64,000 nucleotides of DNA from Phoronis australis (lineage: Eukaryota > Animalia > Phoronida): positions 220,516 to 284,515 of the forward strand of contig NMRA01000174.1 in assembly GCA_002633005.1 (NCBI GenBank), read 5' to 3'. The translations under genes and the position numbers were made by a program. Below, one piece after another: positions 27,106 to 37,651 of this stretch; the first letter of the stretch is position 1; each line of letters opens with the position of its first letter. A model generated the notes under the pieces. It was given only the letters and a program-made list of their open reading frames with translations, had not been told where the DNA came from and ran no database searches.

Positions 27106-27111
27106 TTTATT
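27106..27111 (-). promoter_or_regulatory. Candidate polyadenylation signal (AATAAA) for BTBD7
   Basis: TTTATT on the plus strand ~110 nt downstream of the stop codon; other candidates exist further left (e.g. ~24542, ~25377). Confidence 0.3.
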
Positions 27112-27222
27112 GAAGGTGATTCACAGCTTCACTGTATAAATTTCAATATTTTGAAATTCTCTGGTTTTGCTCTTAATTCTCATCCATTTGAACAAATATT
27201 TTTCCAGTCAGCAACCGTTGTT

Positions 27223-28218
27223 TCACAAGTACAAAGTGCCATCCAGTGAATCGCTGTCCTCCTCCTCAGCAGAGGGCGCTACTAGCCGACTACTCGACCT
27301 TTTACCTCGAACTGAAGCAGAGTGATTTGCAACATCGGGAGATACTGACATTGCTGCAGACACAACCTCTGCTTCTGATAACTTTTCATGTGTTTGCGAT
27401 GGCAACGGCGCAACATCGGGTTTTATCGTAGTTACAGCTTTGCGTCTATTTCGTTGAGCAGTTTCATTTGCATGCAATGAATCTCCGAGAGTGAGGACGG
27501 ATGCACCCATGGCTACGTCGGGTGAAAGTTGCTTTCTTCTGCCGTTGTCACAACTGACATTCGATGCTGAATGAAGTTCGGTTTCAACTGAGGCCAGAGG
27601 ACTGGGTGGCATAGTACAACCACTAGCTCCCTGAGTCAGGTCAAGCATTAATGTAGTCCGTTGTGTCAGGTCTGGACCACTAAGAATCGGAGAGCAATTT
27701 GAGGATGTATCGCTGTGGTTGTTGGAATGACGAGAACTATTTGCAGCGACATCTGGTGATGATAAGTCACTCACAACAGATGAGTCACAATTATCACCAC
27801 CAGCATGACAGGCAGAGACATCTGGTGTATGTCCAGTCACGGCAAATTTACGACTACTCTTCCAAGGGAAATCATTTTGACTCTCTGGACAATTCACGGA
27901 TGAGTCTAACGTAACGTCTGGGGAACTATTGGACGTTTTGGATGACTTAAAGTCATCCTGCACAGTTTCTATGGCAACATCTGGGGAAGCAGATGGATAT
28001 CTTTTCTTCCACCGTGACTCTAATGAATTGTAAACGGCCACGTCATGTTTTTGGAGAGTAACGTCTGGTGAGTCTTTGCAGACGACTGTGGCATGTCTGT
28101 CTGCTGTATCCATCTCAGCAGCTTTGACACCATTTTTCTTGAGTGACGAGGATGACGCCATCGCAATGTCGGGCATTATTTCACTGAGAACAGAATCACT
28201 GCTGAGGCTGGAGTCCTT
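27223..28218 (-). CDS. BTBD7: BTB/POZ domain-containing protein 7, coding exon 7 (last; S-rich disordered tail)
   Basis: Acceptor ttttacttctttacAG at 28219-28220; phase 0 KDSSLS...; contains MPDIAM, resembling vertebrate BTBD7 MPDIA; stop TGA at 27223; 996 nt. Confidence 0.85.
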   Translation of the reverse strand, partial: KDSSLSSDSVLSEIMPDIAMASSSSLKKNGVKAAEMDTADRHATVVCKDSPDVTLQKHDVAVYNSLESRWKKRYPSASPDVAIETVQDDFKSSKTSNSSPDVTLDSSVNCPESQNDFPWKSSRKFAVTGHTPDVSACHAGGDNCDSSVVSDLSSPDVAANSSRHSNNHSDTSSNCSPILSGPDLTQRTTLMLDLTQGASGCTMPPSPLASVETELHSASNVSCDNGRRKQLSPDVAMGASVLTLGDSLHANETAQRNRRKAVTTIKPDVAPLPSQTHEKLSEAEVVSAAMSVSPDVANHSASVRGKRSSSRLVAPSAEEEDSDSLDGTLYL

Positions 28219-29294
28219 CTGTAAAGAAGTAAAAGAATTTAGTAGACAACCTAGACATGTCCACTGAATTACGTGAATAGACTCTGACCACATGAGGTAA
28301 AACAGAAACGCATTGTATTTTCAAAGTGATCTGAACAATGTGGCTTCCTGGCACGCAAACAAATGACTAGACAGCTTACCAAAATAAACATTTCATGCCA
28401 TAAAAATTTTCAGTTCAGGACGTAATATGGAGGACACTGTACAATCTCACCAATCCATGGCACAATATGGCAAACTACAGAAATTTAATTTTTTTCTTTT
28501 CCCATAGAAGATATGAAGCACCATATTAATGTTTTTGTCTGTTCAAGTTCTGCACCACAGATTCCTCCAGGTAATTTTTGAGGACCCTTTGAAAAATGAA
28601 AGAAATATCATTTTTGTTCATTATTTTTATCCAAAATTGGTGAAATTTCACTGTAAATGAATTTTAATTAACAAACAATACTCAACAAAAATACCAGATT
28701 AATTATATTTCCTAGCCAACATGGCTTGTACAGCACACTACTGCTAAATAACAGGAGGGATAACTTTAAACATTTTTAGCAATGAAGTAAGTTTCAGTAA
28801 GAGAAAAAAAGAGAAAAATGCATATTTCCAAATATGTTTTACCCAAATTGACGACGTTGCACATTATGTACAGAATGACTAAAAAAATCAAACAAATAAA
28901 AATTTTAATCAATCCTACATAAAACTGCACTTCAACTCTACTCTATGGATGATTTTTTTCAACGAAGTTTTGATCGTACAAGTCAGTTTGCATTGATTTT
29001 TTTGTTCTTTCCAAAAGAACTAGAATTTTGACTGTTGCACCAAATCATGTTTGTTCATTTTTGGGTTGCCCTGTATATGTGGACCCAGATGTCAGCTAAG
29101 AAGTAGACTGTGCCAAGTGCCCAGAGACAGCTTAATCAATGTAACTGAATCAAACATTTGCAGTAACAGAGGGGACAGTTAATTCCAAAAATGCATAAAA
29201 ACAAACGCAAATAAATGAATAAATATGAAGAGTATTTCAGCCTAATTACAAAAGAAATCCAGCAACTGATACTTCACATAATAGTCAATTCACT

Positions 29295-29374
29295 TATAGG
29301 GTCCCGCATTTTGAGAACCGATTTGATGCCCGTTATTCAGTGGAAAAAATGGTTCTCAAAATCCGGAACCCGTA
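29295..29374. mobile_element. Micro-MITE family B, copy 2 (intronic)
   Basis: TATAGGGT..ATTTTGAGAACC...GGTTCTCAAAAT..ACCCGTA; loop is the reverse complement of the copy 1 loop. Confidence 0.75.
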
Positions 29375-29543
29375 GAAGCATCTACTACCCAGACCCCAAT
29401 GACAACTGTATAATGTTGACGAAAATCACTGACAAACTCAACAGTCGATCTAACATATTGCCAGCAACATGGAATTGACTGCCAGTAGATGGAACGTTGT
29501 CTTGAAAAGCACTTTAAACCATGAAAGATCAATAAAATAGTAC

Positions 29544-29833
29544 CTCCGGAGAGTAATAAGATTGGGTAGACAGAGGACCAGGTGCACTGGGACTTCGGCG
29601 TGGCGTGTAGTGGTACAGGTCAACGGGGTCATGCTCTGTGTAGTTCTGCACAGTCTGCAGCACCTCCACTGTGCTGTCAGGCAAGCCAGCCTCACGCACC
29701 ACCTGAAGCTGCACCTGATGATAGATGGCGCCACGGTCAGCACAGCACAGCGACGAGGCGTGCAGCACGGGCTTGGTGTGACGGAGGTGGCATTCGCGTC
29801 GTCGCATGTGATCGATCATGTCTGGGTGGGGAA
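29544..29833 (-). CDS. BTBD7: BTBD7 coding exon 6
   Basis: Acceptor cttctctAG (29834-29835), donor GAG|GTACTA; 290 nt, phase 1 to 0; encodes VPHPDMIDHM...VQLQVVREAGLPD, matching the BTBD7 conserved block. Confidence 0.88.
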
Positions 29834-31288
29834 CTAGAGAAGATGAAATGACAAGTTAAATCATAGTTGAAGGGCCATCAAAGGACTTCATCAAATGGTG
29901 AAATGGACATAAAAACCAAAAGAATGGGAGGAAAATTCTTGTTCAGTGTGTTAGTACTTAGCAAATCAGATTCCCTTGACATGTTTATGGAATTTCAAAT
30001 GGTCTTACTGGTTACATTTCACCTCTTTTTACCTTTCTCTAACAACGACGAGTCAAATTGTCTGCCATCTTGTGGTCTCAGTTTTTGACCTACCGCAATG
30101 ACATCATGCAGTGACCTGAATACCAGCCAATCCATCAAGTGAATGCTTCAGTTCACGAGTTTAAAAATGCAAATGGCAAAGTGACAAGTGAATAGTAAAA
30201 AGTCAAATAAGTTCTTTCGAAGAGCTTGATTTCTGTGCAGTTATATTTTCCGTATCATTTCTGCAGATAAACGTGTTTGCACAATCGCAATTTCAACGTG
30301 TGCAGGTTAATATTTGATGTGTAATTCGAGTGTCATGTGTACGGCTAAATTCGAGACTTTCACTGTACGGACTTCAAACCCTGTTCAAGGGTTGATTTAC
30401 CGGCTAGTCAACCAGTTGCTATCAAACTAAGTACTATTACTTATCTTCCACTGTTTAGTTCAAATAGTTGCAAATTGAAATTCAAGAAAACACTCTAGCA
30501 CAAAAAAGAAGCTGCAAAATGAATATTTTTAGCATGGTACAGTATTTTCAGCTGGCCAAGCCAAGATTAAGGCATTACGTTAAACGCTAAACTGGCAAGA
30601 ACACTACAAATTAACCAGTGTCAGACCTTAATGGTGGAAACTAGACAGAGGAAAATATGGTTGAAATTCAAAACTGTCTATTTGAAAGCAGTTGACTGTA
30701 TTTGAGCCACAATCTAAACATTTTTGAGAAACAGGTTTCAGACCCAGCAATGAGCACAATTTATATCCTAATGATTGACAACAACCAGACAGCATTAGAC
30801 AGCAGTTTTACATTACTGATCTGAATGTGCAAGGACAGACCAAAACATAGTTTTAGGTATCTCGCTGAAAATTTTACCTCAATTTGTGTACGAAACGAAC
30901 AAAACTGCACGCTGGGCAAAATCTGAGCAACTAAAAATTAACAAAACGACACTGAAAGTTGCTATTCTCTAAATTTCAGAGTATATATGCCCCATCATGA
31001 AACCTAATTCTGAGAACAGCCAAAATGGCAGGGAACTACAAAATGGCTTAGCCACCTTTAAGTTACTAACTGCCCTGTTCATGAGGGAAGATAACTCAGA
31101 CGATGAATTTGGCTTCCAGCCAACAGTCATAAGGGGGGAATTCCAGGTCATTTTATCAGAACACTTGTCTTGTACTGTATGTTAAAGCAACCAGTGCTGA
31201 CACCTTACGACGGAGAATAAGGTTACACTTTTATGCACATAGAGTTGTCTCGTGCTTCAATACATGACTAGGGGGCTGGCTAGCTTAC

Positions 31289-31466
31289 CCGGTATGTGCC
31301 CAGCAATGATGTCCACGGTACAGGAGGATAAGGGGGGTTCAAGACGCGGCTCACTGGTCCTCTCACCCAACATATAGAGAGTGTCTGGCACAGAGGACAT
31401 GTGGAATGCACGAAGTCGGACGAGGTCCGTCTCTGTCACCTGGCTCAGCTGGTCATCCAGCAGGTT
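31289..31466 (-). CDS. BTBD7: BTBD7 coding exon 5
   Basis: Acceptor ttgtAG (31467-31468), donor G|GTAAGC; 178 nt, phase 0 to 1; encodes TDLVRLRAFHMSSVPDTLYM. Confidence 0.92.
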
Positions 31467-32453
31467 CTACAATGAGGAAGCACATTCACAGGATTTATTT
31501 ATAGATCTCCGGATAACAAGAGCCACACACACACTGCACTAATAAATAGCCATGTTCATAGCAGACAGACTTCCTTCATCACATCCTGTTCAGACATTCT
31601 GTCAAACAGCATTCTTTTGGCATCAATATAAATATTTCTCAGAAGAAATGTCAGAACATCCATTAAGTCTACCAAGTCACTAAATGTCTGCACAAGTAAG
31701 TCTACCAAGGTAAAGCTTGGGGACCCCACACAAAAACGGGGGCTGATGACAGGCAGTATGTCAAATCATAATGATACCTACACTTTATATAGCTTAGGGT
31801 CTCCGAATTAATAGGCCATTGTTCATGAGATGTATTTCCTTTCTCATTAGCCACATTTATACCACTTGTAGTATTACATAGATTTATACGAGGTATCAAG
31901 CACGTGTTTACTTATCTTCATGTTATAGAGATCAACGGTAGTTGATGAAGATCGGTTTGCATCATTAAGAAAAAAATAACTCACCATGGGCAGTGAAATA
32001 CTACTCATCAGAAAAGAATAGTACTCATGGCACAAGAATAGTGTTATGATGCTTGTGAGATTCATGAGGGAAAAGCAGGTTACCAGATAGCACACAATAA
32101 AATCTGTTCATGGGATCAAAGTACATTACTTAACAGAAGGAAGGTATCAGTCTTGGATGGTATGACTTCCTGGTAACACGAAGCTTACATCGTGATGTAT
32201 CAAGCATATTCAAAATACTTCTAACAAACTCAGAAACCTAATAATTGTGAACTTGAGCCTGACGCAAACTACTCTCAGTTGACTCTAGGATAGTTTAAAT
32301 TTCAGTAAACTTGACAAATTTTGTAAAAGTTCATCTAGCTTCACCAATGTTATAGAAACAGTTAAGGTGACAATTTTTGCTCCGAAATTTCTCCCATTTT
32401 TCGTGACGGGTTTCGTTTTATTCTTTTCCCAACGTACAGGAAAACCTCCTTAC

Positions 32454-32758
32454 CTTGACCTCATCATAGTAAGGCATGAAAAGTCGCGGTCTAACAAACA
32501 TGCCGTCACGCCTGCCCCGCACCCATGCGCTGGAGCGGTCGCGTCCGTACTCGTCCAAAATCATGTGCGATGGTGGGTAACTGATTAGGCCGCGTTTGAT
32601 GGCATTGTTGAGGGCAAAACAGCCAAGAGGAATCACGTGATCGACGCGCACATATGGCAGCACCTCGGAGAGGATGTCGCGAAGCTCAATGTCATTGAGG
32701 TCGCGTTTCTTGATGCCCTTTTTGACGCTATGTGCAGTGTGTGTGATCAGATTGGGTT
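32454..32758 (-). CDS. BTBD7: BTBD7 coding exon 4
   Basis: Acceptor ttccacAG, donor AAG|GTAAGG; 305 nt, phase 1 to 0; encodes EPNLITHTAHSVKKGIKKRDL...FVRPRLFMPYYDEVK. Confidence 0.95.
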
Positions 32759-33479
32759 CTGTGGAAGAAAGAGTAAATTTCACCATGGCCATGTCGAAAA
32801 TACACAATTTCTGAATAAAACAGCACTCTTATTTCCATTCAGGTTTTGTTGAAGACGGGATTATTATTATACTCTCCATTAATATTAATGAGAAAAAGGT
32901 GAAAACTTGTTCAGAAAACGTGATCTTACTCGACGATCAAAGTGCAAGTCATTCTCTTGATGTTCACATAATTACCACCACAAATTCAGCAGATTTCAAC
33001 GGCGTGTCCGTCAAGCAATTTCGTTACCTTTCATACGTTATGCCACATAATAATTAAAATATTATTTACTTATTGACTTTCATCAAGCTCAATGTGTTGG
33101 TTTTTTGACTCCCCATTTTTGGGATCTGAAAACCAACAAATTGACCATGAGCAAAATTCAATAATTGCTTTTGAATTATTATATGAATACATACCTAAGT
33201 AATCAAGGGAAGGCTCCTACTTTCAAGTAAAAGAAATACATAGTTAAATAGCGCCTAGCAGAGATCTCCAGTAATTCACTAAAAAGTGTTTAAAAGGCAT
33301 TATGACGCTGTTATCACAATAATGGTCAATGCAAATAATTCGTTACCTCATCATTGGTCAATATGAACAATTATTGACTCAGAAATATTGACCACTGGTG
33401 AGTTCATAACTTCGTTATTTGTCCAAATCACATAACGATGCACAACAACTGCAGACACTCATGCACACATAACTCTCAC

Positions 33480-33555
33480 CTCTCTCCTCCATTCTCTTGA
33501 TTAGGTGGTGTTCACCCCACTTGAGAGCTGCACTCAGAATTTCCAGTTCACTAGC
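33480..33555 (-). CDS. BTBD7: BTBD7 coding exon 3 (BACK region; below ORF-track length cutoff)
   Basis: Acceptor tttcAG, donor G|GTGAGA; 76 nt, phase 0 to 1; encodes ASELEILSAALKWGEHHLIKRMEER. Confidence 0.93.
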
Positions 33556-34081
33556 CTGAAATCACACAGGAAACAACTTTGGTCATTGAAATCGAATTAA
33601 AACTGGCGGGATCCGAGAGTGTGGTACAAACTTTGAGTGCTAGCTGTCCCTGATTTCGAAGGGGTCCCAGTAGCTGATCAAGTTTCATGCTCCTCAAAAT
33701 GAACATTCGCCACTACTCAACACAGTATACTTATATGTTGAAAGGGAACGTCTATAAAATACGTTTAGTTAGAGCAATATTTATATACGTGTAAACTTTT
33801 GTCTATGGCATATCAGAATCATTATATCACGTGGTATTATACTCTATGTTGGCGAGTTCCAGCAGTTTAAATTCAGGCATTAATCAACACCAGAGACCCA
33901 TTTTTGTATCTACGCAAAACACAGCGTGCAGCATTCATGTCCACATATCTATAATTGTCTGGACTAGAATTGGTTGTATGCGTATTGATATAACAGGCCC
34001 TCAGAGACTCAGTTGTTGAGCAGTGTTTTACAAACTAGTTACACACTTTATCTAGAACACTGGAGTCAGCACTAAAATTAC

Positions 34082-34290
34082 CTGAGTAAAGTCAGACTTC
34101 AACACATCAACGAGGTAGTCCTTGGACAGCTCGTACAGCACAGTGGAGTGTGCGATCTGTGCGAATTCCTCGCGCAGGTAGCGCAGGGCCTGCCGATGCA
34201 CGTACTGGGAACCATGGGGCTCAGAGCTCCAGTTGAGCACTGAGACAAGGTTGTCAACAGTCATACTCTCCACGATGACATCTTCACAAC
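34082..34290 (-). CDS. BTBD7: BTBD7 coding exon 2 (BACK domain)
   Basis: Acceptor ttcttAG, donor CAG|GTAATT; 209 nt, phase 1 to 0; encodes GCEDVIVESM...WSSEPHGSQYVHRQAL...SDFTQ. Confidence 0.95.
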
Positions 34291-34731
34291 CTAAGAAAAA
34301 GGAAACAACTAATGGAAGATAGAAGATGTTAAGATATCATAGTAAAAGTTTTGGCCCATTAATCCAGGTTAGACTCAATGCACACCCCTGGATTTTTAAC
34401 ATGTGTACTTACGTACATTTCTCATAAACGTAGAATCTTCCTTGCTAAATGGAGTTCCTTTATGTAACTTAAAATTTTACTATTTTTCTGAACTCACTTC
34501 TCTTATAATAAACCACATTTATTTTCATGTCTAACAGAATACAGAGTTGCAAACGCTCGATACTATGTAGCACTAGCTAGGTACAATGTATCGAATTTGT
34601 CTGTACATTACAACAGGAAAAGTTGGAACAGTTAGCTCCCCTGGACCTACGGAATTGCCACTATCATTCGCCATTATGGTGCTGAAAACGGAGGTGTGCG
34701 GTGGTGTAAGTGTGAAAAGAACTAAAACACT

Positions 34732-34940
34732 ATGCCGTACAAAAACGTGGTTTAAGACAGTATGTCGTGGTGGGCTGTCTCAAAAACCAGAAGAAGCTAT
34801 ATGAGTGGAAACAATCAATTTGCAGTGAACATGGTGAAAAACATCAAGATTGCCCGTGTTTGCAGCCGTTCAAGATGTTTTGTATTCCCAAGAACCCAAT
34901 AAGCCAAAGAGAATGGTTACATGCAATGAACAGAAAATAA
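34732..34940 (+). pseudogene. Decayed THAP-type zinc-finger N-terminus from a DNA transposon
   Basis: The frame from 34761 reads YVVVGCLKNQKKLYEWKQSICSEHGEKHQDCPCLQPFKMFCIPKNPISQREWLHAMNRK*. This fits (C)xVxGC...W...CxxH...CxC..PF..F..P....W...NRK. The upstream ATG at 34732 is out of frame. Confidence 0.65.
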
Positions 34941-35380
34941 TGCAATAATTCTCAGTAATTGAAGAAAGGTGGGTCAAATGTACTTTTTGTTAAAGATAAG
35001 ACGTTGACACTTCTCAAATATTGATGAAACTGAGTGAGCCAGAAACAGTGGAGTAGAACCACAAACTAAACAATACATGAATAATTTCTACACTTATAAC
35101 AATGCGAAGTGGTTCAAATCACTTTTGATGTCCATTTACATGAATTCTTTTGATATAAAAGTGTCATTTTAAGTCAGCGAGTTGATATCTTACTGGGGTG
35201 GTGACTGGGTACGATACCTTCCCACACCAATGCATATTTAAAGAAAAATAGAACTTTTGGGGACTGTTTTATAAGTTTGTGTCTAGGTAAAATTTAAAAA
35301 AGCATCACCCTGACGTTGGTTGTGAGTGTTAAGTTTGAATATTTAGACATCGTGCAGTAAAACAATAATTAAATTAAACG

Positions 35381-36014
35381 TTTTACCACATTATCAGCCT
35401 GACATGGCCAATACAACCGTTAAATAACCACACGTTGAATAAGTTAAACATTTTGGCAGGAACCGGAGGTCAGTTTCGAACATGCTTTGCTAGAGTTTCA
35501 ACAGTCAACTTAACCGCTGCGCTATTCAGCAGCTGACGTCATTGTACGCGAAAATAGAATATTTAAATGAGGATGCGCTGGCGTTTCATAAAAGGTCACG
35601 ACCTCCAGCACCAGGCCTCTCACATAGAAAGTAGTCACAAAGTCGAGAAATGTAGATCGATTCATTGAAATGTTTATCATTCAGTATGTGGTATAAATAG
35701 ATTATGACATGTTCTCAGTTGTTATCGTCATTATTTAGAGCCCAGGGCCGAGTTGCATAAAGCTTCAAAAGTTATCCGCTGGATAAGTTTGATTGTTGCA
35801 TGACGTCACGTGTATTGTTCAACAATAACAACGTGACGCGTGACAATGCGACGTCATTGTTGCTATACGGCGTATAACTTTTATGCAACTGGGCCCTGGT
35901 GGATTCTGTGGAATTATTGCCCTCGTGGCTAACATGCCTTGGGTGATAATTTACCAAAATCCACTTGGGTTCTAGATTACAGGGAATAACAACTTCACCA
36001 TGAAATAATCTATA
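35381..36014. mobile_element. Palindrome-ended element, copy 2 (internally deleted, diverged)
   Basis: Shares ctgacgtca..aaaatagaata.ttaaatgag, aaaaggtcacgacctcc, tcgattcattg, tgtggtataaatagattat and the terminal palindrome with 4993-5866. Confidence 0.75.
35743..35898. mobile_element. 156-bp MITE nested in the palindrome arm
   Basis: 19-bp inverted ends CAGGGCCGAGTTGCATAAA / TTTATGCAACTGGGCCCTG; absent from the homologous site (gagccctcgtggat) in copy 1. Confidence 0.8.
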
Positions 36015-36534
36015 TGTACACATTATCACCATCTATGGCAGTTATTCAAACCTAGCATATGCAGTTTGTTTTTCTCGCTACTATGAAATTTGTTTTGGGG
36101 GTCGGGAGTATGCAAGAATTTATTAGTGAAGGTATTCGTATTAAAGTGCAAAATCAAACATCCAGGCACGTTCTTTGTATTGCATTTCTTGTTGTCGGCG
36201 ACCGTTCGTCTCTGAATCACAAGCCTGCAGCAGACGAAATGTTCTCAATTTGATTTAGTTTTGTAAATAGAGCCCTGCAATATTACAAAATACTAACTTG
36301 TAGCCAGTGAAGTTGGTAATGAAATGGATTGCGACTTTGCCACGACTTAAATGGTTTAATGTTATCGCTGGTGCTGAACTGCTTGGTTTCAGCACCTTAA
36401 TGTCGCGTGGTCATGTGATCACGTAATGGCCGCCTCCATATTTTGGTGCGTGCACAGGTTTATAGTTGTCAAGAAAATGTCCCTGCAGACCATGATGGAA
36501 GAACGTCGTCAACTCTTGATGTTTACAAACCTAC

Positions 36535-37651
36535 CTTGAGAAAGCACGGGGAAGTCAAGGAACTGTCCTATCTGGTAGATGTCCATTGCCTGCTCCACCA
36601 GTGTGACATGTGTCCTCCCTGAGACCATGGCTTGTACCTCGCTAAGGCTACAGGTGCTGCAGCTGTTACGGACGACGCATGACATATCCACCACATCCAG
36701 GTATATACAGTTAAGTAGGACACGTGCGTACTGCTTCGGAATCACAGATTCGTCCAGGACGATACGGCTAGGCGTCTGCAACGCGCGGTCTGTCGCTTCC
36801 TCCCCCGACCGCACGCGCCGCAGCAGCAGGTTGCGGAAAAACGGTGACCTCGCCGCAAGCACTGCCTTATGGCAGGGCAGCTCGGTCCTGACCCCAGTGC
36901 ATGTGTCCCCCGTTTGTTCTGTGTGTGGTGGATCGGGCGTATCCACATCTGCGGTGAACACCAAGATGGCATCATAGAAGTCTCCACTCTCTAGTAGCGA
37001 TTGCATATCTGTCTCTAGGTGGTTAAGAGTTCCAAACTCCTCCCCCAGGCGGAGCAGTGTGTCCAGGCTGTTCTTGCCATGGGGGTCATCGTAATAAAAT
37101 TCGCCAGTATACAGGTAGCGCAGAAGTGCCGAGAACATGTTCACATCCACGCCAGGTGTTCGTATTTTCACTGGCACCTGCGTGCCACAGCCAGAATACT
37201 TGGCCAACAGAGTCTTGAAGTACGGACAGCGGGCACTGACTATTGCTCGATGCACAGGGAAACACACTCCCTGGTAAATAAGGTCCACATCTGTACAATA
37301 TTTGTAATCGTACAAATCAGATAGATCCCGTTTGAATGTATTTACAGACGGTCTAGCGTGATCCGCCAGCACAGTCAACTCCTTTAATGCCAGTAAAGAC
37401 TCGTATTCATCTACCAAAGCATTCAACTCTCTCAGAGACCAGCTCGAAGTGAGTTCACGAATCGCCTTGGCATGATCATAGTTACGTCCGTGACGTCGTG
37501 GTCTAATCAGCTTCTTGCGAAGAGTAGCCAACTTGGAGAGTTTCTTCTTTTTCTCCCGGCTGGCGGCGGCATTTTCTGATTCAACGAATGCCTGTCTGTT
37601 AGGGAGCCGAGCCCCAGCAGGCTTCTCTAGTCCTGATGTGGTGGCTCCCAT
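36535..37651 (-). CDS. BTBD7: BTBD7 coding exon 1 (two BTB domains); exon extends as 5'UTR to 37709
   Basis: MGATTS start, LATLRKKLIR, CTDVDLIYQGVCFPVHRAIVSARCPYF (BTB1), LPCHKAVLAARSPFFRNLL (BTB2). Donor AAG|GTAGGT at 36534; acceptor ttttcctttcAG at 37710-37711; 1117 coding nt, phase 1. Confidence 0.96.

Noticed and set aside
28219-28293. Standalone 356-aa gene starting MWSESIH
   Set aside because: The first 25 codons are intron (polypyrimidine tract plus AG); the rest joins BTBD7 in phase.
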